Shown: in pieces, positions 1-11,848 of the stretch
Layout of the letters: every line of letters begins with the position of its first letter
How positions within the stretch are numbered: position 1 is the first letter of the stretch
Source of the DNA: Macrostomum lignano
Taxonomy: Eukaryota
Assembly (NCBI GenBank): GCA_002269645.1
Contig: NIVC01000225.1
Span: 186,001 to 250,000, forward strand
DNA: 64,000 nt
Direction: 5' to 3'
Notes under the pieces: generated by a model
Seen by the model: only the letters and a program-made list of their open reading frames with translations
Told to the model about the DNA's origin: nothing
Database searches by the model: none
Position numbers and translations under genes: made by a program

Positions 1-1814
1 CTCGGGAGCCATCATCGCCCGCCACCCCCGATCGGGCGGGGGTGGCACCCCCGACTGGCAGTTCCCGTTCGCGCCACAGTTCAGAGAACTGCCAGTGAGC
101 TGATATTTGCCAGTAGGAAAACTGTCTGAGACACCCTCAGACAGCTGAGATCTCTGTCAGCGAATGCAGCTGCACTGCGGCAGGCTGGGTGACTTTTTGA
201 GCCTGCAGCCTCAGGTGATCCCCAGCCCCGGCGCCGCTTCCCCATCAATCTCGGGATTTCTCGCACCCAGGAGGGCTCTAGCCGCTGTCACTCTTCCCTC
301 TTCACCGACCAATATTCCCACTTTTCATTTCCACCCTTCCATTCTTGCTTCCTCTCTCTGCCTGCCACTCGCTGGGAAGTTTTATCCCGTGTCCCAGCAT
401 CTCTGCCTCATCACCCCAGGCGCCCTGGCATTGTTTGTATTATCGATCCCAACCTAAGACTTCTCCTTTCCCTTCAGCTCACCCATTTTGCTCCCCCAAT
501 TCTAAGAATTTGCCACTCTAGGCAACAGACCAATGCAGCAGATGTGAGCAGACCCCCCTGCTTTTTGCTCCCGGCCTCGGGCTCTCGAGAAATTAACAGG
601 CACTCATCATGTGCGCCTTCTTGCTCCCGCGCGCAGCTGCTGCTGGGCAGGTGCAGCCTCTAGCAGCAGATATCCACCTCATCCTTATCCGGGATCGCCC
701 ACACCATGCTTCTCTGTCCAGCTCAGGCCGCGGTGCCTAATCAGCCGTGAATTTCGCTGCCCGCCGGGCCTCGGTCCTCTTTTGCACTCAAAGCGATGCT
801 GAGGATTCCGCAAATGGCATCCATAGTGAGGCTGGGAATCGGTTCCCTGTAATGCTTTTTGCCCCCCCCCGGGGCTGAAAATAGAATCCCGAGCTAGCAA
901 AATTCCTGCTTGTGCACTTCTCACTCTTCTCACTACACCGCTATTTCTTACTGAAGCCGCGGGCTTCCCGGCCTGCCCGCCACCAAGTTTGTTCCCAATT
1001 TTACCCCCCCCCTCAATTTAATATTTAGTCTCCCAGTCAGTTTTCTGACACATTTATTATCCCTCCTCGCCTTTATCTCCGCCCGGCCAGCCCAGCTGAT
1101 CCTACAGGCGGATTAGCTGCCTGTGCAGACCAGCCTCCCGAACTGCCGGGCAGAAAGTGATGAAGCAGCCGCGGGGAGGCTGGGCGGGGCTGAATAATAA
1201 TTTAATAAGCGCCGCCGCGAGCATGAAAGGGGCCGGCCGGGGCCGTAGGTCCGCGCCCGCCCCCCTCGCCTGACTTTTAATCGCCTCTCCCGACTCGCGG
1301 TAGGGGGGGGGGCGAATCAATTTTTCTGCCTGGAGACTCGGGACAGGCGGAGTCGAGGAGGCCGCCGAGCTCGGATTCCGCCTGCCAGTCTGAATCGATT
1401 GCGCAGCTGCCGCGCGAAGGAGATTGAGCACACAGTCTTCGCGTGCTCAAGTCAGGCAGCCTTTTGGAGACAGGGCGGGCGATTGACATGAGTGGGAGTC
1501 TCCCGACGGGGTTCAGCACTCTTCTTTGCCCCCTGACCCTCCGCAGCCGCTGCTGGTCCCAGAAATTCCCTGTCTCAGAAACGACAGACGAATGCTTGCA
1601 GTCCCTCTGTGCAAACATTTGAATTCGCGAATATATTAATTTTGCCCCACTGTGTATGCACAGCTGCGCTACTGACTACTTAGACCAGTAGATAGCGAGT
1701 GCGTGCTGATTCTGAAAAAAATTATCTTTATTTCTTAGAGAAACTACAAGCAGTTTAGATCTGCAGATGCATGTACACTCTCGCACATGAAATATATTGG
1801 CAGCTAGATTAGCT

Positions 1815-2270
1815 ATTTGGCTGCTTCATCATCCTAGATTGGCACTCAATTTGGTTCCTTCATCATCCTAGATTAGCTATCCATTTGGCTGCTTCATTAT
1901 CCTAGATTAGCAATCCATTTGGCTGCTTCATCATCCTAGATTAGCAATCCATTTGGCTGCTTCATCATCCTAGATTAGCAATCAATTTGGTTCCTTCATC
2001 ATCCTGGATTAGCAATTCATTTGGTTCCTTCATCATCCTAGATTAGCAATCCATTTGGTTCCTTCTTCATCCTAGATTAGCAATCCATTTGGTTCCTTCA
2101 TCATCCTAGATTAGCAATCCATTTGGTTCCTTCATCATCCTAGATTAGCAATCCATTTGGCTCCTTCATCATCCTAGATTAGCAATCCATTTGGTTCCTT
2201 CATCATCCTAGATTAGCAATCAATTTGGTTCCTTCATCATCCTAGATTAGCAATCCATTTTATTCACAAT
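1815..2270. repeat. 34-bp minisatellite CTTCATCATCCTAGATTAGCAATCCATTTGGTTC
   Basis: Period read directly (2041 to 2075). Confidence 0.9.
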
Positions 2271-3183
2271 CTCAACTGGTTAGACTATAGTTATCTGTTA
2301 GATTCCTTCCTCCATACTGGCTAGATTAGCAATCCATTCTGTTATTAAAATAACAGGCTAGGCCAGCGGTCCATGCTGGAGCATACCCAGCTACATGCTA
2401 GACTCGCATGGCAGGCCGCACCCGAGTTTGTCCTCATTCTTGAAGGTCAAACCAAAACCGCAGCTGACCATCGAGTCAGCTGAGGAGCAAAGCAGGTTGA
2501 GGAAATTGAGTCATAATTAAGGAAATGAAAGGCCCGCAGCATGCAGCAGCACCAGGTCACGTGAGGAAGCCGCCAGGCTAAATGGAGCGAGGCCAGGCTC
2601 AGGAGCTGAGCTCTCCAGGCACTTGCTACATGCAACTGCTGCTGTTGCTACCCAAACTGCTACAGCAAGCGAAATCTCTTTGATCTCAGCTGAATGTACT
2701 TTTACAGTCTCTGGTGGGTCACAGTTTCGTGAGGATGGCCTATTTAGAAAGCTACGAGTATATTAACCCGAGTGAGACCAGCCGTCATGAATTTCCACAA
2801 TCAGCAGTCCAACCTGTCAGCCGGTGTCAAGCCGTCCAGTGAAATCCGAGGCCGCCTCCGTTGCAGCTCATCGGATTGACTCGAATCATTTCTCAGCCTC
2901 GGGGAATCAATCGCTTCAAGATGGGGCTGACGTCCAGCTTCCTTCTCTTCCAACTCCCGCTGGTTTCGCATTGCACCAACTGAGTGCCCTGAGGGATCTG
3001 GGAGGGCGTGCTGGGCCTGCAGCGTGGCTGCATGTCGATGTCTTTGGGGGTTGCGAGCCCAGCCAATAGCAGCCCGCCTATTCAGCGATTCAGGGGAAAG
3101 ACGGGAGAGGTGAAAGAAAGCAGCGCTTAAGAAACCGCCCGAATCTTCGCCTTCCCGCCGCTCTCCTGCTGTGCTTACCAAAC

Positions 3184-3426
3184 ATGTCGCTTCCGTCTCC
3201 GGCCCTGAGCCGCAGGAGCGGCAGCTCGAGTCATGTTACCTACAGTCCTCTCAGCTCGCCAGGACTCAACCGGAAAAAGCCGTTGACATGCAAATTGCTG
3301 CCACAGAAGAAGAGAATTTTCCCCATAGACAGCGAATTGGACAGGCCAGCGTCTCCGGCCGCTGGCGAGCTGGCCGGCCGGCCAATAATTAGGGATAAAC
3401 GCATCAAGGATTTGTTCCGAGCAAGC
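3184..3426 (+). CDS. Possible first coding exon (Ser/Pro-rich), perhaps of the PDZ gene
   Basis: ATG at 3184, open frame MSLPSPALSRRSGSSSHVTYSPLSSPGLNRKK...DLFRAS ending at a strong GTGAGT donor at 3427 (phase 0). The link to downstream exons is not proven. Confidence 0.3.
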
Positions 3427-3616
3427 GTGAGTTTCGTGACGAATGTACACTAAATTTACGTGTCGTGACGTATGTAAAGTCGTGAGGTACAAACAATTGT
3501 TGGGGTGGTCTATTTCGGTAGTCTAGCTAGAGCATCTATTTCGTTTATTCTACTCACAGAGGATCAATTCCTCAATGTATGGCCAAAGCATCGAATTAGT
3601 TTTCCATGACCAGAAT

Positions 3617-4040
3617 ACCAATTCTGCATAGTCTATGGCTAGAGAGAACCAATTCTGCATAGTCTATGGCTAGAGAGAACCAATTCTGCATAGTCTATGG
3701 CTAGAGAGAACCAATTCTGCATAGTCTATGGCTAGAGAGAACCAATTCTACATAGTCTATGGCTAGAGAGAACCAATTCTACATAGTCTATGGCTAGAGA
3801 GAACCAATTCTACATAGTCTATGGCTAGAGAGAACCAATTCTGCATAGTCTATGGCTAGAGAGAACCAATTCTGCATAGTCTATGGCTAGAGAGAACCAA
3901 TTCTGCATAGTCTATGGCTAGAGAGAACCAATTCTGCATAGTCTATGGCTAGAGAGAACCAATTCTGCATAGTCTATGGCTAGAGAGAACCAATTCTGCA
4001 TAGTCTATGGCTAGAGAGAACCAATTCTGCATAGTCTAGG
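3617..4040. repeat. 31-bp minisatellite ACCAATTCTGCATAGTCTATGGCTAGAGAGA
   Basis: Period 3617 to 3648; near-perfect copies. Confidence 0.92.
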
Positions 4041-6020
4041 ATCAGAGCATTGAATCAGTAGTCTATGGCCGGAGCATCGGCCAGGTCCGCAATTTGCGTT
4101 ACACAGTAATTTCTGTTCAGAGCGTCAACAAAGTCATCTGACATCTAGGGACCGTGCATGGAACGAACAGCCTTCTGCACCTCTTCTGCTATGGTCTGTA
4201 CGGCTAAAACAAGAATCAAATCACATAAAATGCATTAACAAACGTCAGTTTTGATTCTTAACAGTCGAAGGTCTTGCTGCAATTTATCACTTGATTATTT
4301 TGCTGCCACTCCACCCGGCGGGGACCGGGTCCCTTCCGGCGAAGTCTACAATGCCGAAACAAATGCATATGATCGGCCAATTGCGAAATGGAATTGGCCT
4401 TTCGCTGTCGCGAGGTTGAGGCTCGCGGGGAGGCCCGCGCTGGGGGGGTTGACTGTCGCAGACGTCCTGCAGATGCTTCCAGCGGCAAAGCCCGGGCTGC
4501 AGTTCCCGCCGCCGTCACCCGAGACGCATTGAGAAAGGCACTTGTATAGCCAAGACTGCGCTGTGACCGAGTGGCCAAGAGAAAATGCGGGGGGGGGGCG
4601 TTCCGTTGCTTCGGGTCTGAAAGGAAAGTTAAAAGAAACAGCACAAGATGCTGGTACTGCCCGTTGCACAAATCCTCGACCTCAGGGTGTTTGAGGGGCG
4701 GAGGAGGGCGCGCGCGCCGTGGCCGCCTGCGCAGCGCAGCAGCCGGGCCGGTCCGTAATTGCGCAGCTTGCTGGGTAGTGAATTTCTGCGCCGCGATGCC
4801 CCGCTAAATGTCTCTTGGCGAGTCACCCAACACCGCACCAACAGTTTGTCCTCGGGTCAGTCACGGGGCTGCTGGGATTAGCCTGGGCGAGAAATCCTGA
4901 CTGACCCCCCGGGGTGGCGAAGAAGGTCACTGCTGGGAGATTCGTTTCGCAAAAGGGGAAAATAAACACAGCGGGAGAACTGGAATGCCCGCCCCATCAG
5001 AGAGATGAAGCCCCGAGTTTCCCAGCCAGCCTCCCCACCTCGCCCGCTGTCCCGTGGGAACCCGGCCGGATCCGGTGCCAACTTGCCAGACCGCGCCGTC
5101 CAAGGAGCGGTGCAGCTCCCAGCTCGCTGCACACTCTGTGGCCCGCCAGCAGCTGCGAATCCCCAATTAGGCGCCGGGTCTCACAGGCCGGGGCCCGAGC
5201 TGTCCTGAACCCGTGCCAGCTGTCGCCCCGAAACCCGACAAACTGGGAGCTCGATCCGCCACCAGTGGCTGCTCCCCGCGCCTTAATCAATTCGACAGTC
5301 AGGCGTTCCTCAGCCCTCCCTCCTTCCATCTCCCTTCTTCCTCTCGCATTCCAGCATCCGAGACGCCCACTGTAGCCAGCCGCATGATGCCGCATCTGCT
5401 TATCTCGCATTCTCCTGACTCCCGACCAGCAGCCTTCCCAGCCTCATCCTGCACTTTCCCGCTTTTCTCTCGCTCTCTCCCACTCTCTTCTATTGCCTCA
5501 CAAACCACAGCGCCAGTGACCAGCCGAAGGCTTCGCGGGGCGGAGATGGGCTGATGGGGCTCAGTGATGAAGCAAGCAGTGCAGGAAGCTGAGAGAGGCG
5601 CCTCGAAAAACAGCCGCAGGAAAAGCACACCTGCCTCATTCTTTTCTTTTCTTTTTCTCCTTCTATCGCTTCCCGCCACTCTTTCACTCAGTCACCGCCC
5701 TCGCGCTGCGGTCATTCAAGCTGTTCTGGGTGCACCCGCTCCGCCCTCGCGGGCATCCATCTCGGCGGCTGGAACCTGCCAGGCCGCTGCTGCCCGATGC
5801 GCAGATTCCAGCATCCCTTCTCCAGCGGCCGGCTCTGACAGCTCCAGACCCTAATTAGCAAAGCGAGAGGGCGCCAGTGCGGCATAATCGGGCTTTCAGC
5901 GCATTCGGAGCCGCAAACTGACTCGCTGACTGACAAGCCCCGCTCCCGACCCCTCCAAAACATCCCAATTTTTGTTCTCCATCAGTTACGCTCGCCTTGT
6001 TACTCCGCCTACCTGAACAG

Positions 6021-9000
6021 GATATCCGCTGCCACTCGGCCCCCAACTCGCCGCGGGTGTCCTACTGCACCTCCCCGGCCCTGGCAAGCTGCCGCTGCAG
6101 CAGACATGCGGCCCCGCTCAGCAGGATGCCGCCAGCATTCGCAGGCAGCGCAACGCCTCAATGTGCTCCGCCAGCACCCTGCAGATGCAGCAGCACCGTC
6201 GGATTCAGCAGCTGCAGCAGCAGCCGCCGCCGCCGCCTTACCCCGGCAGCTGCCGGTCCCTTCTAGTCGGCTGCGGCGCCGCGGCAGGCAGCCAGAGCTC
6301 GCTGCTAAGCTGCCAGTCGACAGTCTCGTACGCCTGCCGGGTGCAGGAGGTGCGCGAGATCAGCCTCGGCCGGCACAACGGCGAGCCGTTCGGCATGAAA
6401 GTCGAATTCGTTGGCGGGGTGAGCGCTCCGGTTTCCTCATCTGCCCCGCGCCCTACTCGAAATCCCCGCCTCTCTCGTGGATCGGGCATGGCTGGGCTGG
6501 GTTAGACCGGGACGGTTTCCCATCGCGTGAGGGGCAGCTCGAGAACATCGAGCCGAGGTGGCAAAGGGAGGCTGCAAGAGAGAGACAGCTGGGAATTGCT
6601 TCCCCATCATCTGCACGCGAGTCCATCTGGAGGAGCGAAACTCTACCCTCGCCTCACCTCGGCCCCCGCTCGACCCTCGCTCTAATCATCTGACGGACAG
6701 TCCGCCAGGGGGGAGGGCGGCAAGATTGCAGTTGGCAAAAATCAAGACCGAGTCCTGGCTGCGCCGATTGGCAAAGTGGAGCCGCCTCTGGGAGGCAATT
6801 AGAAGCTGAGCGAGGCAAGTGGGATGGACTTTCACACCCGGTGTTTGGTCGGGAAGGGACTGATTAGAAGTGCCAGCTGGACTGCACTACTGACTACTCT
6901 TAGCGGAATCATTAGAAACTCAAGCCAAAGCTATAACTGGTCTCACTTCTTGAGTTTAGTTAACCGCAAGGGCGTTGAGGGCTTCGGGCGCTGCCGCAAC
7001 TCAACACGACAGTCGATCAGCAGCGCTACTATGCTCGGCAAGCAGTTACGTATTTGCCCAGTGTACAATGCCCCTAGATTTCTTGTGCATTGGGTTAGCC
7101 TTCGAATTGGAGTGCTTCGCACGGCAAGCCTTAGGCTAATTTTTCCGTCCACGAACCTCAATAGTGTCTCAGGAGCCAGACGGTGCTCACTCCCACCGTG
7201 TCTCAGTGTCTCGGAACCTCATTTTAATCTCGCCCTTCAGTCGTTCTTCATCACCCACGTGGTCGCCGGATCCGTGGCTGCCTACGCTGGACTGAAGTCT
7301 GGCGATGAGATAGTGGCCATCAACGGCCGACAGCTGGAGGGCATGTCGACCAGGGATGTGCTGCAGATCATCAGGTGCGAGGTGTCCGTGCGGTTGGCCT
7401 ACCGGCCCAGGTGAGAGACTGTTGCGGTGCTGCTCAGTGCATTGCCGTCCCTTATTGACGCTCGTAGAGTAATTTTTCATCATCAATGATAGTCAAAAGT
7501 ATGCGTTTGCTATTAACATTCGTGTTCTGTACCAACATCCGTGTTCTGTATCAACATCCGTGTTCTTTACCAACATCCGTGTTCTGTATCAACATCCGTG
7601 TTCTGTACCAACATCCGTGTTCTGTATCAACATCCGTGTTCTGTACCAACATCCGTGTTCTGTATCAACATCCGTGTTCTTTACCAACATCCGTGTTCTG
7701 TATCAACATCCGTGTTCTTTACCAACATCCGTGTTCTGTATCAAAATCCATGTTCTGTATCAACATCCGTGTTCTGTATCAACATCCGTGTTCTGTACCA
7801 ACATCTGTGTTCTGTATCAAAATCCATGTTCTGTATCAACATCCGTGTTATTTATCAACATCCATGTTCTGTATCAACATCCGTGTTCTGTACCAACATC
7901 TGTGTTCTGTATCAAAATCCATGTTCTGTATCTACATCCGTGTTCTTTATCAACATCCGTGTTCTGTATCAAAATCCGTGTTCTGTACCAACATCCGTAT
8001 TCTGTATCCACATCCGTGTTCTTTATCAACATCCGTGTTCTTTATTAACATCCGTGTTCTTTATCAACATCCGTGTTCTGTATCAACATCCGTATTATGT
8101 ACCAACATCCGTATTCTGTACCAACATCCGTGTTCTGTACCAACATCCGTGTTCTGTATCAAAACCCATGTTCTGTACCAACATCCGTGTTCTGTATCCA
8201 CATCCGTGTTCTGTATCAACATCTATGTTCTGTATTAACATCTGTGTTCTTTATCAAAATCCATGTTCTGTATCAACATCCGTGTTCTTTATCAACATCC
8301 GTGTTCTGTATCAAAATCCATGTTCTGTATCAACATCCATGTTCTGTATCAACATCCGTGTTCTTTATCAACATCCGTGTTCTGTACCAACATCCGTGTT
8401 CTGTACCAACATCCGTGTTCTGTATCTACAACCGTGTTCTGTATCAACATCCGTGTTCTGTATCAACATCTGTGTTCTGTACCAACATCCGTGTTCTGTA
8501 TCAAAACCCATGTTCTGTACCAACATCCGTGTTCTGTATCCACATCCGTGTTCTGTACCAACATCCGTGTTCTGTATCCACATCCGTGTTCTGTATCAAC
8601 ATCTATGTTCTGTATTAACATCTGTGTTCTATATTAATGTCTGTGTTCTGTATCAACATCCATGTTCTGTATCAACATCCGTGTTCTTTATCAACATCCG
8701 TGTTATGTACCAACATCCGTGTTCTGTACCAACATCCGTGTTCTGTATCCACAACCGTGTTCTGTATCAACATTCGTGTTCTGTATCAACATCTGTGTTC
8801 TGTACCAACATCTATGTTCTGTATTAACATCTGTGTTCTGTATTAACATTCGTGTTCTATATTAATGTCCGTGTTACAAATAACATCACCCTTGATGCAC
8901 TAGAAAAACCGTGTTACAACAACAAAATCGGTGTTCAATCATACTGAACTTGCACCGACTGAGACACCGGGGCTCAATAAAGTTATCCCAAACCCCTGCA

Positions 9001-9650
9001 CCGACAGAGCGGTCGTGGCCCGGATACGCGAGGTCCGCTTAATGAAAGACAACGGAGTGGTCGGCGTGCGTCTGCAAAAGAAGCCCGATGTGCGTTCTGA
9101 AATTTCACAATTTCGCTTGCTTATTAGCGTCTGAATCTGAATTTGATTCTGATGTTTAACCAATCGGTACCATCTTCGCCCACAGGGACTTTACATTGAA
9201 TTCGTCAAGCTGGGCACCCCGGCGCATGCGGCAGGGTTGAAGGAGGGCGACCAGGTGTTGAAAGTGAACGGCCACTTTGTCACCGAGTGGTCTATGGAAG
9301 GCGCCATGGCGCTGCTGAAGTCGCTGACAGAGCAGCTGGTGCTGCTGGTGAGGGAGACGCTACCGCTCGTGGCGGCGCAGGCCCAGCCGGCCGGCCACCG
9401 CCGTCAGGCTGCGCTGCCGTCTGGCCACTACGTCAACCTGCGCTCGTCATCGCGGTCAACTCTAGCCTTGGCGCCCGCCTGCTCGCAGCGAACCTCGGAC
9501 GGCTACTCCGCGGCCAAAGAGGCGGAGGCGCTTTGCGGCCAGGCGGTCTACGCCGACAAGCAGCTCCCACCGGAATCTGCGCCAGAATCGGCGCCAGCAT
9601 CCGCGCCGGAATCCGCGCCAAAATCCGCGCCAGCTGTTGAGGCTTCCTGA
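6021..9650 (+). CDS. Tandem-PDZ scaffold protein, syntenin-like (5' end unresolved); exons ~6021-6418, 7241-7410, 9008-9089, 9186-9650
   Basis: GT-AG sites with matching phases (0,2,0) join PDZ-a (VREISLGRHNGEPFGMKVEFVGG/SFFITHVVAGSVAAYAGLKSGDEIVAING...) and PDZ-b (IREVRLMKDNGVVGVRLQKKPD/GLYIEFVKLGTPAHAAGLKEGDQVLKVNGHFVTEWS...), which resembles syntenin PDZ1. PPxY motif (QPPPPPYP) upstream; AATAAA at ~9944. Confidence 0.8.
7510..8870. repeat. 19-bp minisatellite AACATCCGTGTTCTGTATC (PDZ gene intron)
   Basis: Direct reading; source of spurious ORFs 7486-8865. Confidence 0.92.
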
Positions 9651-10114
9651 AATCTTCTGCCTCTCCCAGCAGCAGAAAGTCCTGCTTGAGAATTTCCGAC
9701 AGTTTGCTAGTGTGTGGCTATTTTGCGATGTTACTACTTTGCCCCCGTCTGTGCCGACCCGTTCAGCCGATTCGTCACGCAGTGAAGTACTTGAAGTACA
9801 TGTAGAACGCTTGTACTTGTACAGGCTTTACTGAATGACGGTAGACAGTTGCATATCACAATATTTTTTGCAGAAAGCATCTTTTATTTTTGTCATTTGT
9901 CTGCTTTATGAGCTTTTGACAGCATTTTGCGTATTGTTCAATAATAAATTGAGGCATTGTTGAGTGTGCTTGACAAAGTGCGCCGAGTTATTTGAGCTTT
10001 TTAGAGCAAAGTTCGAAAAGGTTTCTGCTTGTTTTCGATGAGTCTGCATCACCTGATTTGTTCAGAGTTCGGTGCAAGAAAATGATTTTGGTTATGAGGT
10101 CTGAAGACCTGAGT

Positions 10115-10570
10115 ACAGGATGGCACTGAGATCCAGTGACGGAAGACCTTATTAATAAGTACAGGATTGTATTGAGATCCAGTGACTGAAGACCTCATTA
10201 ATAAGTACAGGATTGTATTCAGATCCAGTGACTGAAGACCTCATTAATAAGTACAGGATTGCATTGAGATCCAGTGACGGTAGACCTCATTAATAAGTAC
10301 AGGATTGTATTCAGATCCAGTGACTGAAGACCTCATTAATAAGTACAGGATTGAATTGAGATCCAGTGACGGTAGACCTCATTAATAAGTACAGGATTGT
10401 ATTCAGATCCAGTGACTGAAGACCTCATTAATAAGTACAGGATTGAATTGAGATCCAGTGACGGAAGACCTCATTAATAAGTACAGGATTGCATTGAGAT
10501 CCAGTGACGGAAGACCTCATTAATAAGTACAGGATTGCATTGAGATCCAGTGACTGAAGACCGTATTAAT
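10115..10570. repeat. 46-bp minisatellite (GAAGACCTCATTAATAAGTACAGGATTGTATTGAGATCCAGTGACT)
   Basis: Period 10142 to 10188. Confidence 0.9.
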
Positions 10571-11848
10571 ACTTTAAAAGGAAGTCTTTCCTGCGATCAG
10601 CAGCTTCTTCTTGGGCTCCTTAAACAGCAGCTTGCCTTGATAGCAGTTCATTTGAGCTCACTCACGGTCTTCGGAGCCCTAAGTTTGTTTTCCTTCGATG
10701 AGCTCAGTGACTCTGAGGCAACTCAGGAGGGCATCTGATTTTCATTTTTCATCGGTGTTTTCAGTTCCTTTCAATCTGCTCTGTGCATCAAAGGCTTCGA
10801 TTCATGCAAGAAGCTCTTCTGTGTTGCTTAACGGCAAAGTTTCTCTCAGTTTGATGCTCATCCTGCTTGCGAGCCAAAATGGAAGTCTACTAGTAAACAC
10901 AGTGACAAGTCAAAACACATCTGCACACGAAAAAGAGGTGAACGAGCGATAGCTCAAATGCAAACCTTTTATTGATATTTCGTGTATGACAGAGCAGGTG
11001 CCAAGCAAATATTTAATCGATATTGTTTGGGGTTAAAAAGCATGCACGCATGTGCAAGCTCAACCATTCAATACACGGGCGTAGAAGGATACAGAAATAG
11101 CGCACGAGACAAAAAGATGCTACAGCAGGCACTCACTGAGTACAAACTAAAATGCAAACCCAACCCAACTTTTCATTTTTGATTTCAGGCCACTTATTTA
11201 TCTAAACCAGGCATATAACCTACTATGAGTAGTGCAAAGAGCGTTTTCGAAACTTTTCATAACCTTTAGTCCGTAGCGAACTGTTTTAATTAGTCCCAAA
11301 ATTTCTTTTTATATTTTTTATGCCTTGAAGCCGTGTGAGTGCATCCCTGACCTGGCCTGACGGCGGTTTCAGCGTCGCTAGAGGAGTCATCAGGTTCGTT
11401 TTGGTTCATTTCGTTCAGGTGCAGTTTTGAGCATGTGCAGTTTTGAGCATGTGCTGTTTTGAGCAAGTACAGTTTTGAAAATTTCTATTTAATGGAATTT
11501 CTTATTAGCAAAGGTTTATGACCAAACTCTTTTTTGATCAACGTAATCCGCAAGGATGAAGCCAGCACGCCACAAGGAGCAAATGAAGCCATCGATGTGA
11601 TGAAGGAGGCTGAGCCAGAATCCCGTAGCGAGCTCAAAACGCTGTCCGTCTTGCAGCCAACAAAATCCCATGCAGGTAGCCCCCCCCCCCAGTTGCCAGC
11701 GATCCCCAGCCCAGGCTGCTCAGCCGCCGCCAACGAGAGCTCCACCCGGCAGGCGCAGCCGATTGGCCCTGCCAGGCCACAAAACGGCCGGGGCTGGCCG
11801 GCAGCAGCGAAGCGCCCGCCCGAGACCCGCGCCCCGACCTGCAGATCA

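Noticed and set aside
1-94. Possible exon end (…QFPFAPQFRELP|GTGAGC) at the window edge
   Set aside because: Too short and truncated to assign to a gene.
4540-4700. RCWYCPLHK motif reminiscent of a transposase Cys-rich tail
   Set aside because: Too short, no catalytic domain nearby, interrupted by a poly-G run.
7486-8865. Cys/His-rich ORFs (YQHPCSVSTSVFC...)
   Set aside because: Translations of the 19-bp intronic minisatellite.
10115-10570. Regularly spaced direct repeats resembling a CRISPR array
   Set aside because: No unique spacers, eukaryotic context and no cas genes; the same applies to all other arrays.
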